Source of the DNA: Terriglobales bacterium
Lineage (GTDB): Bacteria > Acidobacteriota > Terriglobia > Terriglobales > Acidobacteriaceae
Reading direction: 5' to 3'
Length of the DNA: 64,000 nt
Assembly (NCBI GenBank): GCA_963738095.1
Contig: CAVTVL010000009.1
Location: 18,124-82,123 of the forward strand
Below the pieces are notes generated by a model. The model searched no databases and had not been told where the DNA came from. It worked only from the letters and a program-made list of their open reading frames with translations. Position 1 is the stretch's first letter. Every line of letters starts with the position of its first letter. The translations under genes were made by a program, and so were the position numbers. Below, one piece after another: positions 20,947-31,032 of the stretch.

Positions 20947-21512
20947 CTCTTTATAGGGCAAATCAAACTATCAATTCGGCCACAGAGCAAGTCGCAAGTC
21001 ACTAGACGCCTTCGCGCAAGCAATTTACCTGCCACATCCATTTCAAGTAGTGCCGATCTTTTTATTGATCACCCTCCCAAAAAATAATTTTCAAAATCCC
21101 CTTGGAATTTATGGCGATCTGAGTTACAACTTTAAACAAATCAAAACAGAAATTTAAGTGTTTCCGAATCGGCCTTAGTACTTCATATGTTCGATTCTCT
21201 CCCTTTAAGAGATGATCGGCACGTCAGCTCATTTCTTCCCATACGCCTTGTATGAAACAGTCACATTTTGAAGGGCTTTCGGATTTCCAAGTTCTTTGAG
21301 ATGTCTCTTTCTTCTTGTCACCATTCAAGGGAGAAAGAGACTTTTGTCATGGATAAACATGGATTTTCTGTTGGCAAACACGAGACCCAATGAGCAGGAT
21401 TGTAGAAAATTGCGCCTGCCCACAAAGAAAAAGTTAGGTTGCATTTGTACAGATTTGTTCCTAACCCAGATGGTTCGACCCCCCAAAACGACACCTGAAA
21501 AGGACCAATTTG

Positions 21513-23426
21513 ATGAAAATCAAGACTTTCTTTGTGACGCTTGTAGTTCTTGCATCCGTCATACCAGTCAATCGGATTTTTGCGCAGGCAACTGTTAGTG
21601 AAAATGAACCGGTTACGATCTATGTCAGCCAGAGTGGTTCAGATGCCAATCCTGGAACCTCTGCCAAACCCTACAAAACCATTCAGGCCGCGATGAACAA
21701 GGCGAAGGCGGAAAATAACGCGGGTGTCGGCACTCGAATCCTGATCGCCCCAGGCGTTTATCGCGAAACGATCGCCTTTGGATCAACAAAGACGACTGCA
21801 CCGGTAACAGTTCAAGCGCAATCCAACGGCACAGTTTATGTGGACGGTGCCGATATTTTAACAACGTGGTACTTAGGTAGGGGTGTCTACAACTTTCCCT
21901 GGAAGGATTCCGTCTCCGGGTGCTCCTTGCCTTCGGGTTGGTATTCGGGCATGCCACCGATCGTTCTGGCAAATGAAATGCTTTTTGTAAATGACATGCC
22001 TCTCACCCAGGTTATGTCTGCTTCACAATTGCGCGCAGGAACCTTCTTCTACAACACTTCATATCAAGAACTGGAAGTTTATCCGTTCTCTGGCACCAAC
22101 ATGAATACGGCAAAAGTCGAAGTAGCGGCACGCCGTACTACCCTCTCAATAACAAACTCCACCAATGTCGTTCTTCGAGGTTTGGTCTTTCAGCATGCTG
22201 CTTCCTGCATGAATACAACCAGTGCGGCGATCTACAGCAGTAAGAACATTCTCATTGATTCGGTCCAGGCGAATTGGAATAATTGGGGCGGTTTTGGCCT
22301 AAACAATAGCTCTGAAATAACGGTGCAAAATTCCGTAGCATTGCACAATGGAGGTGTTGGCCTCGCTGGCAACTACTTAACAAGCACTCTCTGGCAGAGC
22401 AATGAGACAGATTACAACAACTGGCGTGGCTCAACTGTAGGTCTCTATGATTTTGCCCAGGCCGGTGTTAAATTGATGCACGTTCATGGTGTGACGATCG
22501 ACGGCCATCTGGCTTATAACAATGCTGCACAGGGCATCTGGCTTGATACCGATAATACAAATATCAAGATCGACAATGCAATCCTGGTGGGCAATTCGGT
22601 GGCCAACATGCAACTCGAGGCAAATCAGGGTCCCGCTACGGTAAGCAATAGTAGCTTCTGCTCTGGAGGTATGGGTCTCCATCTCATCAATACTGCGGAT
22701 CTAACCATCACAGGGAATAATTTCTACAATAACGGGGGAAATGCTTTTCAAAACGGCCAACTTTTCCTCGCTGGAAATCCTGGTGGCCGCATGGTCACGG
22801 ACTGGCAAACGGGTCAAAAAACTAAAGTTTATACCACAGACACAACGGTCAAAGGAAACACTTTCGCAGCTGTTGGTGGAGAACAGTACGTATTCAACAC
22901 TTATTTGAGCGGGAATGACTGGTCGGAGTACGTAGATCACTTAGCGTCAAACAACAACAATTGGTACAACTCAACCAATACAACGGCGTTTAGTATTCCT
23001 GCTGGCAAGCATGAAAATCTTACCGGCTGGCGCTCAACAACAGCACAGGATTACAACTCTTCGTGGACGCTCGGTAAGATCGCATCCCTTGGATGCAATA
23101 TTCCTGCACCAGACTACTATGATTATCAACTGCAGGCGCATAACGCCGCATCTTATGTATCCGTATATAACATGTCTAAAGGGACGCTCACCATCCCACT
23201 TCAACTTAAGTCATTCTTGTATGGAGCAGTTCAGCTATCTGTTCCAGGTCTTCCATCCGGAGTGACGGCTTCATTCAGTACATCAACGCTGACTAGCGGC
23301 AATCCAACATTGACGCTATATGCCTCATCCTCGGCTAAAAATGAAACCATCCCGGTTACCATTTTTGCAGCCAGTAAAACCCGTATCCACTCCCTCACGC
23401 TGATGGTTTCTATCAAGCACGCGTAA
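21513..23426 (+). CDS. Secreted right-handed beta-helix protein (DUF1565/pectate-lyase-like fold)
   Basis: Signal peptide, IYVSQSGSDANPGTSAKPYKTIQAA, IAPGVYRE, Asn-rich coils and GIWLD motif. Confidence 0.8.
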   Translation: MKIKTFFVTLVVLASVIPVNRIFAQATVSENEPVTIYVSQSGSDANPGTSAKPYKTIQAAMNKAKAENNAGVGTRILIAPGVYRETIAFGSTKTTAPVTVQAQSNGTVYVDGADILTTWYLGRGVYNFPWKDSVSGCSLPSGWYSGMPPIVLANEMLFVNDMPLTQVMSASQLRAGTFFYNTSYQELEVYPFSGTNMNTAKVEVAARRTTLSITNSTNVVLRGLVFQHAASCMNTTSAAIYSSKNILIDSVQANWNNWGGFGLNNSSEITVQNSVALHNGGVGLAGNYLTSTLWQSNETDYNNWRGSTVGLYDFAQAGVKLMHVHGVTIDGHLAYNNAAQGIWLDTDNTNIKIDNAILVGNSVANMQLEANQGPATVSNSSFCSGGMGLHLINTADLTITGNNFYNNGGNAFQNGQLFLAGNPGGRMVTDWQTGQKTKVYTTDTTVKGNTFAAVGGEQYVFNTYLSGNDWSEYVDHLASNNNNWYNSTNTTAFSIPAGKHENLTGWRSTTAQDYNSSWTLGKIASLGCNIPAPDYYDYQLQAHNAASYVSVYNMSKGTLTIPLQLKSFLYGAVQLSVPGLPSGVTASFSTSTLTSGNPTLTLYASSSAKNETIPVTIFAASKTRIHSLTLMVSIKHA

Positions 23427-23438
23427 TGTTCCAAAAGT

Positions 23439-23471
23439 GAAGAGCCACGGACATACTGTCCGTGGCTCTTC
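23439..23471. terminator. Bidirectional terminator-like hairpin between convergent genes
   Basis: GAAGAGCCACGGACA-TAC-TGTCCGTGGCTCTTC, perfect 15-bp stem. Confidence 0.7.
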
Positions 23472-23472
23472 G

Positions 23473-24612
23473 TTAATAGAGTTCACTCATCTTTTGCGCC
23501 AAATACGTGGCTCGGTCGAAATTCCCTTCAAGAACATCTTCGCATGCCGAGCGGATCAAATAATAAGCTGTAAGGCCGAGAATTTGCTTACGGTCTAGTT
23601 CGAAGCGTCTACAGTATTCTTTGAGTAAATGGTGCCGCGTCAAAAGCGCCCAGATATTCTTTCTTTCTTGAAAAAGATAATCCGGAATATAGAAAAAACG
23701 ACAAACATCCTGCCAGGGAAGCCCGACCTCTATTCCCCATTCCCAGTCAATAAGCGACGTGCGACCGTCTGCAAGCTGTCGAATATTCCATGGTGCAAAA
23801 TCCCGATGCTCAATACATGAGACCATTTCTTTGTCAGTTTCGAGCAGGCCCAGCATACGATCTAGAAGCCGTCTTTCCACCGGAAGATCTAAATTAAGCA
23901 GCTTCTCATCAAGATCTTTACGGCAGTCAGAAAATCGAATTCCGCGTTGCTTCTCAACGAGTCGAGACAATAGCTCAAGATGAAGACGTCCAAACCGCCG
24001 AGAGAGATATTTACCCTCTATCCATGATTGCGCGGCTATCCCATTCTCATAATCTGCGAAAAGGAGATTTGGCACCGTAACTTTCTCTTGAACATGTCTT
24101 AACATTTTTGCTTCGCTTAAAATGGCGTTCCGCGCTGCTGATGTCATGGGTATCTTTGCCACCGCATTCACCCGATAGCCATCGCAGAAAAAAATGACTC
24201 CCTTTCTCGTTGGTGAAGGGCCTCCAATATATGTCGCAGTTCCCCAATGATAATCAAATCCAGGCAGATTTGTACGCCAGTATTCCGGGTTCCAGCAAAC
24301 TTTAGCGCTTGCAACTCCCGGCACATTTCCCAGTTTTCCCAACTTGGCAGCTGTAACAACAACCGTCCAACGCAGGCGCGAGCTCAGTTTAAACGGGCGC
24401 CAACCTCTGATTGCTGGAACCACTTTCTTCGCATCCACAGAAAGAATCCATCTAGGCGATCCGGCCTGATAGATAATCTGGACTTGTTGATCAATAAGCG
24501 TACGGGAATTGCCATACTGCGTAACGGATGCAAGAATCTCATCACTCGTCTGGGGCGATGTCTGGTCAATAGCCGAGATTATTTGATTCTTCTCGCACAT
24601 TCCGAGGCTCAC
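23473..24612 (-). CDS. APH/choline-kinase-like phosphotransferase
   Basis: AVAKIP...E, Brenner-type HRDFAPWNI and LIDWEWG motifs. Start overlaps the upstream stop (ATGA-type coupling). Confidence 0.75.
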   Translation of the reverse strand: MSLGMCEKNQIISAIDQTSPQTSDEILASVTQYGNSRTLIDQQVQIIYQAGSPRWILSVDAKKVVPAIRGWRPFKLSSRLRWTVVVTAAKLGKLGNVPGVASAKVCWNPEYWRTNLPGFDYHWGTATYIGGPSPTRKGVIFFCDGYRVNAVAKIPMTSAARNAILSEAKMLRHVQEKVTVPNLLFADYENGIAAQSWIEGKYLSRRFGRLHLELLSRLVEKQRGIRFSDCRKDLDEKLLNLDLPVERRLLDRMLGLLETDKEMVSCIEHRDFAPWNIRQLADGRTSLIDWEWGIEVGLPWQDVCRFFYIPDYLFQERKNIWALLTRHHLLKEYCRRFELDRKQILGLTAYYLIRSACEDVLEGNFDRATYLAQKMSELY

Positions 24613-26012
24613 AGCAATCCAAGACGTTTTTTAGTTCTAATTGAAAAGTGATTCAGTATCATTTTCCTTATGTCTCGCACGACATCTTGAAGTGGCTGCT
24701 CAGCGTCGATTACCTTAATTCTCGAATCATTCTCTGCCAGTTCAAGGAATGCTTGCTGTTGTCGCACAACCTCATTGAAAGCGACCTCGCGTTTACGTGA
24801 CCAAAGCACGTCAGGGCTTGCATTCAGGAGAAATGTTATTTCTGGTCGTGGAAGATATTTACCAAGCAAACGTACGATCCATTGAGGACCGCCATACAGT
24901 ACCCGTCTAGGATCAACAATAATGTCGTAAAAATAGCGATCGAAGATCACCAGACGAGTCCGCATCATGTCATTTCTAGCTTTCAAGCAGTATCCGATCC
25001 AGTAATCAAAGGCTAAGTAAAGCATTTTGGCAATCGATACACCTACCCCTTTCGCAGGTTTTCCATGAGGATCTGTAACAATTGCACTGCCGGAGTCACG
25101 TGCAGGAAGTGATTTTGGGCGAAGGTGAAAACGCACAACTTGCTGATAAGCAGGTTTAAATTCCCGCTCAATGGCTTCGATTACAGATGATTTCCCACAA
25201 CCATCCGGGCCAATAAATGCGATAGATGCGCCTGTTGGTTGAACAATGCGTTCGAGTGTATGACTACATGAACGTATGTATGAGGTGAGTTGCGTTCCTC
25301 TTTTTTGCGATGGAGTTCGCCAGAGTTCTTCTCTGAATTGAATTAGGTTTTCGTTTAAAGAAGTCCAATTCCCTGTTCTTGCCATTGTTTCGATCTTTTT
25401 TACCGAATCAGGTTTCCAAAACCGCTCTAACTGCAAAACGCATTTTCCTGGATCTTGCACATATAGCTTTGTAAGCTTTTCACCGTGTATCTCCTGAAAA
25501 TCTTTTTTGTTAAGCCGTTTGATGAGGTAGTAGATAAATTCCTCAGCGGCACCGGGAATCCAGAAGCCATTCGAGTGAGCGCGACGATTGGCCAGGATTT
25601 CGTCCGCTTTGAGCCACAATTTTCCATAATGTCGATAGTCGGCACAGGAATCTGGCTGAATAAATGCGATGCGGTCCCCGACCTCTGTGGCAAGACGAAA
25701 GGCTCGGCCGGATGCTTCATGTGCAATGCTTTGGAAAAGCAACGTATTAGATTCAGCTGCAATTTCATTTATCAACACAGGAATTCTTTCGAAATCCTGC
25801 GTTCCAACCATAAAGTCGATGTCGGAATCGAAGTTGCTCGGTAGCTCTTCATATCCCGTTAGAATGCAGTACGAGCTGCATTCATTTTCAAGCTTTTCTA
25901 ATAGCAATTGAGCTATCGTTGACTTGATATTTCCCTCAGATGCTACGTGTTCGTGAGGCCCAGAATTTAACATATTTTGTCTTTTTTGATCTACTTCCGC
26001 GACCATTTGCAT
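24609..26012 (-). CDS. Nucleotidyltransferase-like plus thymidylate-kinase-like fusion protein
   Basis: N-terminal YCILTGYEELP...DSDIDF motif; C-terminal P-loop GPDGCGKSS and IFDRYFYD of NMP kinases. Start uncertain. Confidence 0.75.
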   Translation of the reverse strand: MQMVAEVDQKRQNMLNSGPHEHVASEGNIKSTIAQLLLEKLENECSSYCILTGYEELPSNFDSDIDFMVGTQDFERIPVLINEIAAESNTLLFQSIAHEASGRAFRLATEVGDRIAFIQPDSCADYRHYGKLWLKADEILANRRAHSNGFWIPGAAEEFIYYLIKRLNKKDFQEIHGEKLTKLYVQDPGKCVLQLERFWKPDSVKKIETMARTGNWTSLNENLIQFREELWRTPSQKRGTQLTSYIRSCSHTLERIVQPTGASIAFIGPDGCGKSSVIEAIEREFKPAYQQVVRFHLRPKSLPARDSGSAIVTDPHGKPAKGVGVSIAKMLYLAFDYWIGYCLKARNDMMRTRLVIFDRYFYDIIVDPRRVLYGGPQWIVRLLGKYLPRPEITFLLNASPDVLWSRKREVAFNEVVRQQQAFLELAENDSRIKVIDAEQPLQDVVRDIRKMILNHFSIRTKKRLGLL

Positions 26013-26096
26013 CGTCTATTTCCTGAAAATTAGGGATCAGAGTGAGTGATACAGTTGTCCTAGACTGATCTGCATCTATTTCAATTTGTGCATTCG

Positions 26097-27320
26097 ATGA
26101 AAATCCTTCTTTCCGCCTATGCCTGTGAACCCAATAAGGGCTCCGAGCCAGCTGTTGGCTGGCAATGGATGCTCGCTCTAGCAAATCAAGGCCATTACGT
26201 TACAGTGATTACCCGAGAAAATAATCGATCTGCCATTGAGCTTGAAATAGCAAAGCTAGCAATCCGAGTTCAGCCCGTGTATTTTGACCTTCCGGCTTGG
26301 TGCAGACAATGGAAGCATTGGCCTGGTGGCTTGTACCTCTACTATTTTTTTTGGCAACTTGGCGCATATCTACGAGCGAAAGCTGAACATCGCAAGACAC
26401 CCTTTGATGTCGTACATCACATAACATTTGTGACATTCCGACAGCCCTCTTTCATGGGCTGTCTAGGAATTCCCTTCATCCTTGGCCCAATTGGTGGAGG
26501 TGAATCCTCGCCGCGTCAACTGCGTAACGCTTTCAGTTTCATGGGAAAGATACGTGAATATACACGTAGTTTTCTTATTCTGCTTGTTCCCATTGATCCA
26601 TTTATGAACTTTACATTCTCCAGAGCATCACTCATTGCCTGCACTACAAATGAAACTTTACAGAAGATACCAAAGCGGTACCATTCAAAATGCCTCGTCT
26701 TGCCTGCAATTGGAATTACAATATCCGACAATGCATCTCCTGTTGCTCAAGCGCCTATATCGCCGAGTTTCCTCTTTATCGGCAGATTGCTTTATTGGAA
26801 AGGTCTTCACTTACTTCTGCGTGCTTTCCCTGCCGTATTGCAGCGGTACCCAAATACAACTCTTACAATCATTGGCGAAGGTGAGGACGCTGCGTGGCTA
26901 AAGCATATTGCTCTCACCTTCGCAATAGACCACAATATCCGATGGATCTCACAACTTGCACACAATGAAATATCGAGCGCCTACCTTAACCACACGGCGT
27001 TCGTCTTTCCAAGCCTGCATGATTCTGGAGGACTCGTTGTTCTTGAGTCACTTGCCGCTGGATTACCTGTCATATGTCTCCGACTCGGAGGTCCAGGCGT
27101 TTTTGTCGACTCATCCTGCGGCATATCGATCGATCCTACAAATTGCTCTGAAGACGATATTCAGCAACATATTGCCGATGCAATGCTAAAACTGATTGAA
27201 CAACCACAGATTCGACAGCAGCTCTCTGCTCATTGCCGGCACCGAGCCAGCCAATATACTTGGCAATCTGCAGCCGACGTACTTTATTCTGCCTTCCATC
27301 GCCGCAATCCATCTAGCTAG
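26097..27320 (+). CDS. Glycosyltransferase family 4
   Basis: MKILLSAYACEPNKGSEP N-terminus, GRLLYWKG and FPSLHDSGGLVVLES. Confidence 0.9.
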   Translation: MKILLSAYACEPNKGSEPAVGWQWMLALANQGHYVTVITRENNRSAIELEIAKLAIRVQPVYFDLPAWCRQWKHWPGGLYLYYFFWQLGAYLRAKAEHRKTPFDVVHHITFVTFRQPSFMGCLGIPFILGPIGGGESSPRQLRNAFSFMGKIREYTRSFLILLVPIDPFMNFTFSRASLIACTTNETLQKIPKRYHSKCLVLPAIGITISDNASPVAQAPISPSFLFIGRLLYWKGLHLLLRAFPAVLQRYPNTTLTIIGEGEDAAWLKHIALTFAIDHNIRWISQLAHNEISSAYLNHTAFVFPSLHDSGGLVVLESLAAGLPVICLRLGGPGVFVDSSCGISIDPTNCSEDDIQQHIADAMLKLIEQPQIRQQLSAHCRHRASQYTWQSAADVLYSAFHRRNPSS

Positions 27321-28611
27321 CCTGATCGAACACAACATCTGGTCTTCCATCAGCTACGATCATTGACTTCCTTATTTTCATCCAGGCAATCGTCATATAT
27401 AAAAGATTGGCGGTTTGCCCTGCTACCGCAGCTACCATTATTCCCATCGCATGCAACGCATGCATTGAAGGATAAAGAACTAATAAGCTAACAATCGCCG
27501 CGACCAGCGATGCCATTAAGATTACGCCTGTTCGCTCAATCGTCCGAAAAAGATAAGTAAATTGGCGTAATGGCCAAAATAGTAAAAAGTAAAGCAACTG
27601 CAGATTTAGTACCCCTGAATATATGGCAACTGTATGGCCATAAAAAAAGAGGAGAAAATCCTTTGAAAACAACGCAATTGTTAGGAAGGCGATAAACAAA
27701 AGAGCAAAACCCTTTACCCCGAATCGAAATAAGAAGGCTCCCAGACGCACGATGCCGCCACGTCGCATCTCCTCTGCGGCCTTGAGAGGAACAAGGTTTT
27801 CCATCGCTTGATATGCGACGTTAACAGGCCCAACTATATTTTGGGTAGCTCGAACACTTCCTGCTGCTTCTGCGCCAAGAACACCAGCACCAATTAACAT
27901 CGCCCCTTGATAAACCATCCATTGCAGTTGATTAGCGACTGCCAGATCTCGTGAAAATCCACGCGAACGACGCCACGCCTCGGCGAGCTCACTTTTGGTA
28001 CAGCGTAATGTCTCAAATGCACGGCCAATGAGAAATGCTATCGCCGATGTAATTGCAATCGACCATAACGCAGTCCCAAGATTCAGAAGCCGCAAGCGCA
28101 TCAGTACAAATAGAATGACCAACTGGCCAAGATAACTAATTGCATCATTCCAAATCGATAAAATAGACTTGCCTGTGGCGAAATAGTACCTGCGTAGCCA
28201 ATCTTGCATGAGGAATGCCACTAACGAAATGAGGAATGGCACTAGCAGAAATCTATCTATTCTATATGGCTTGATCCATAGGAACACTCCCGCTACAACA
28301 GCTGCTAGTAATGTGACCACGACACAAAAGCGCAATTGTACTGCATACATCCCACGCAGGTATGCTTTTCTCGGCTCGCCATCTTCCCTGAGTGCCGCCA
28401 GCGTGATCATAGGCGAGCTAATGAAACTAAGCTGAATGCTGTTGGCTAAAAGGATAAGTGAATATGCTACCGTAAAGGCGCCAAACTGTTCTAACCCAAG
28501 GCCACGCACGAGAATGATGCCACTTGCGAAATTTGAGCCGCTTACAATTGCCTGGTCAACAATTGTCTGATTCCGTCGACTCTTTATGGTTCCTGCCAAA
28601 AAAGACTTCAT
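27313..28611 (-). CDS. Wzx-like oligosaccharide flippase
   Basis: About 12 TM segments, DQAIVSGSNF...RGLGLEQFGAF N-terminus, EPS context. Confidence 0.75.
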   Translation of the reverse strand: MKSFLAGTIKSRRNQTIVDQAIVSGSNFASGIILVRGLGLEQFGAFTVAYSLILLANSIQLSFISSPMITLAALREDGEPRKAYLRGMYAVQLRFCVVVTLLAAVVAGVFLWIKPYRIDRFLLVPFLISLVAFLMQDWLRRYYFATGKSILSIWNDAISYLGQLVILFVLMRLRLLNLGTALWSIAITSAIAFLIGRAFETLRCTKSELAEAWRRSRGFSRDLAVANQLQWMVYQGAMLIGAGVLGAEAAGSVRATQNIVGPVNVAYQAMENLVPLKAAEEMRRGGIVRLGAFLFRFGVKGFALLFIAFLTIALFSKDFLLFFYGHTVAIYSGVLNLQLLYFLLFWPLRQFTYLFRTIERTGVILMASLVAAIVSLLVLYPSMHALHAMGIMVAAVAGQTANLLYMTIAWMKIRKSMIVADGRPDVVFDQAS

Positions 28612-28649
28612 CCGTTAAATATTGTTTCCTAACACAAACGTACGTGATG

Positions 28650-29993
28650 TCAGACTTGCTCTGCCTCGAATACTAGATTTCTCATGGAGATTTTCTTCGG
28701 AGAAGATTCGGGTACACTGACGCTTGATCGGTGTAACAGATCGATGTTCGTCATGATGCACAGAAAGAATGCCATTTCGTAGCCCATCCAGCCAAATATC
28801 CCAGTAGACATAATCGTAGTCATCCACACGTGAATGATAAGTACATACGTACTTGAATATTCCGGGTGATCAAGCCAAACATTCCATGTCCGGAGCGTGA
28901 CCCATACAAGCAAGAAGGTGCAAAGCAGAATGCCGATCGTGCCAAGCCCTGTTAGCAACTCCATAAATCCATTATGAAGAGAACTCATCACTTGTAATGA
29001 AAAATCACCTATATGAGCTAATACCTGCTTTCCGCCAACTCCGCCTCCTGCTCCGAGAAACAGGTGCGCTTTCCATTGACGCATCGCGGCTGTCCATACT
29101 ATGGTGCGTCCGCTCAAAGTATTGAAATCTGTGGCTGCTTCATTTCCATGAAGAAACGTCATAATTGTGTCTTGGAACACAGTCATCAGAAGCACCATTA
29201 AAGACGCAAGAGAAACCGCAAATACTTTGGATTTACGGCCCACTACAAGTACAACACTCAAAAGCAAAATAACAAATGAGGTTCGACTAGCCGAAACTGA
29301 AAAAAGCATCATCGCGAAGAACATCTGACGGAAAGCACTCCGCGATCCAAGCCTTTTGGCATGCCACTCGGCAAAAGTGATAAGAAAGAGGGCGCTTGAG
29401 ACATACCCCAATCCGTTGCCCGATAAAAAGGGCGCCTGTGCGGTAGTCCTTGTAAAGAGCCCGGGACGGGCCTGAACATACCCAGGAAGGTGCAAGATAT
29501 AACCCAGCACCGTGATAGTGGCCAGTAAAGACGTGGTTAGCAGAATAATTTGACGCAGAGCATCTACGCGTTGCACTGCATTTTCCATTCTACTTATCTG
29601 CAGAAATGTCAGAGTTGCAAGCAGTATTTCAACAGCCTTGCCCAAGGTTTCTATTTTTAACGGTGACCAGAGTACCGAAACAAGATAAAGTAACCCAAAT
29701 GCAAGAAACAATAGACGTGTGTCACTGAGCCTCAGCTTAGAAATGCGCGGATTAAATAAAAGCAGCAGAAATGCTAACAGCGTCATTGGACCGCGCACGA
29801 TCACCAATACAGCCGTACCTGTGTGCCCAGGCCCGCCTCCAGATGCATCGGCGTATTGCACCATCGCACCAATTAAAAGCGCAAGTAAGGCGATTCCAAG
29901 AATCCCAGTGATCTTGAAGGCGGCTTTCCATGCTCTCAGATCCCAGGGATAAATTGAGATCCGTGGTTCAACCAAGTCAGACTGGCAAAGCAT
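28650..29993 (-). CDS. Wzy/O-antigen-ligase-like polymerase
   Basis: Multi-TM protein with SASRTS, TLSGRTIVW and LHNGFMELL motifs. Confidence 0.8.
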   Translation of the reverse strand: MLCQSDLVEPRISIYPWDLRAWKAAFKITGILGIALLALLIGAMVQYADASGGGPGHTGTAVLVIVRGPMTLLAFLLLLFNPRISKLRLSDTRLLFLAFGLLYLVSVLWSPLKIETLGKAVEILLATLTFLQISRMENAVQRVDALRQIILLTTSLLATITVLGYILHLPGYVQARPGLFTRTTAQAPFLSGNGLGYVSSALFLITFAEWHAKRLGSRSAFRQMFFAMMLFSVSASRTSFVILLLSVVLVVGRKSKVFAVSLASLMVLLMTVFQDTIMTFLHGNEAATDFNTLSGRTIVWTAAMRQWKAHLFLGAGGGVGGKQVLAHIGDFSLQVMSSLHNGFMELLTGLGTIGILLCTFLLVWVTLRTWNVWLDHPEYSSTYVLIIHVWMTTIMSTGIFGWMGYEMAFFLCIMTNIDLLHRSSVSVPESSPKKISMRNLVFEAEQV

Positions 29994-30005
29994 TTATTCG
30001 TCCCT

Positions 30006-31031
30006 CTATTTGAACGCGTAAATCGCAGCGGAGCCAGTTTGGCCAACAATAGACGCGCCGGATGTAAAGACCGACTTCACCTTGCTCACTGGGACATACA
30101 CAATATCTTGTGCTTCGAGTTGTAAGGGTGAATCTTTGCCTTCCATAATGGACTTGTAAGGAATCGGGATCTCTTTCAATGTTCCGTCGCTCTCGCGGCG
30201 CACGACACGAATGCCGCCTATTTTTGCCTGCATCAATGTTCCTTGCGCCATTGAAACAGCCTGAACAACGTTGAGAGCGCCCTCTTCTTGCATTACATAA
30301 CCGCCGGGACGGAATACCGCACCTAGCACATACACAATGCCAGCGCGCTTTACTCGCACAATATCACCAGGACTTATCACGACATTACGCAACTGGCTAT
30401 TATCATCGCCACGCACATAGTGGTAAGTTTGCAAGTGATTTCCATTTTTATCTGGCGTCTCGACCTCGATAACGTCACCGGCAAGGTTTGTCTCACCGCC
30501 AGCCATTCCAATAACATCAACCAAGCTGTGCGGCGACAACATTTGAATGCGCCCTGGAGATTGGACCTCTCCGGTAATTTCAACAGTCGCGCCTGGGTAT
30601 TGCAGGACGTTTAATGTAACGTGTGGGCTTTTGAGTATTTGACCAGCGCTGTATTTTGTTTCAATATCGGACTGCGCATCTGCCAGAGTTTTTCCTGCAA
30701 CGTGAACACTTCCAATTAGTGGCAGGCTTACGTTACCCTGATCGTCAATTCGTACCTGCGTTGCAAGTTCAGGCTCGTCATATACCGCAACATCCAACAA
30801 AACCCCGGAAGCTAGACGAAGATTAGGAAAATCAGCCGGGATTGCCGTTAATGTTCCACTACTTGGAGATGACGATCTAGAAGTAGGCACCGAACTGGCA
30901 AAAGTTGAATTACTACCATTAGCATTTACCATAGGGCCTTGCTGCGCTAACGCAGGGGTTGCCCACAGAAGATTTCCACAAATTGCAAGACACGCAGCAA
31001 CACTTAATTGATGGACCGCAGTCATCGTCAT
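30006..31031 (-). CDS. wza: Polysaccharide export protein (Wza/OPX family, SLBB domains)
   Basis: Poly_export motif RIDDQGNVSLPLIGSVHVAGKT, VYVLGAVFRPG and DIVYVP. ATG at 31031 follows GAGGAG. Confidence 0.85.
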   Translation of the reverse strand: MTMTAVHQLSVAACLAICGNLLWATPALAQQGPMVNANGSNSTFASSVPTSRSSSPSSGTLTAIPADFPNLRLASGVLLDVAVYDEPELATQVRIDDQGNVSLPLIGSVHVAGKTLADAQSDIETKYSAGQILKSPHVTLNVLQYPGATVEITGEVQSPGRIQMLSPHSLVDVIGMAGGETNLAGDVIEVETPDKNGNHLQTYHYVRGDDNSQLRNVVISPGDIVRVKRAGIVYVLGAVFRPGGYVMQEEGALNVVQAVSMAQGTLMQAKIGGIRVVRRESDGTLKEIPIPYKSIMEGKDSPLQLEAQDIVYVPVSKVKSVFTSGASIVGQTGSAAIYAFK

Positions 31032-31032
31032 C

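Noticed and set aside
14606-23426. Exosortase (PEP-CTERM) substrates among the large secreted proteins
   Set aside because: Neither ends in a PEP motif, TM helix and basic tail.
23473-24612. Aminoglycoside resistance gene
   Set aside because: Only generic APH-fold motifs; coupling to EPS genes favours a biosynthetic role.
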